Source: Rhodospirillaceae bacterium
GTDB lineage: Bacteria; Pseudomonadota; Alphaproteobacteria; MPNO01; UBA2964
NCBI GenBank assembly: GCA_038146865.1
Contig: JAYQSL010000007.1
Coordinates: 492,638-556,637 of the forward strand
Reading direction: 5' to 3'
DNA: 64,000 nt
Every line of letters starts with the position of its first letter. Within the stretch, counting starts at the first letter, position 1. The notes beneath the pieces were generated by a model. It worked only from the letters and a program-made list of their open reading frames with translations, searched no databases and had not been told where the DNA came from. A program made the translations under genes and the position numbers. Of this stretch, positions 63,957-64,000 are shown piece by piece.

Positions 63957-64000
63957 TCTAATGAACTGTCAGTAGATTTTGAAGTAGTTTGCCGTTTCAC

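Overview
This window reads as a mostly core-chromosome segment of an alphaproteobacterium with moderate GC. The conserved synteny supports that assignment (ispH-thrB-rnhA, thrC-M16 peptidase, smc-DUF721-mutY, ccrM-rnhB, msbA-DUF374-waaA-lpxK-lpxL, and a complete aa3 cytochrome c oxidase cluster coxB-coxA-ctaB-ctaG-coxC-SURF1). About 59 protein-coding genes are supported. I found no rRNA or tRNA genes, no CRISPR array, and no transposase, integrase or phage gene. The most accessory-looking stretch is a roughly 9.5 kb block at the left end (1.4-10.9 kb). It holds two tandem UbiD-family (prFMN-type) decarboxylase paralogs, a PhyH-family dioxygenase, an alpha/beta hydrolase, a TAXI-type TRAP transporter, a hotdog thioesterase and an SDR. 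There is no UbiX partner and no regulator in the window. Two oxidative-phosphorylation genes are disrupted as read: atpB (ATP synthase subunit a) and SURF1. Each is broken by a single-base indel in a homopolymer run, so a sequencing artefact is as likely as real biology. Other points worth a second look are listed here. First, a retropepsin-like/RimK fused protein. Second, the TldD and PmbA paralogs bracketing ubiD and ubiA. Third, a GGCT-like orphan gene near gshA. Fourth, GANTC-bearing promoter regions beside ccrM and dsbA. Fifth, a 400-bp AT-rich divergent intergenic region with an exact 11-nt direct repeat. Last, a bL33 gene missed by the ORF track. I do not see convincing evidence of a wholly novel multi-gene system. 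The UbiD-paralog catabolic block is the best candidate for something uncharacterised.
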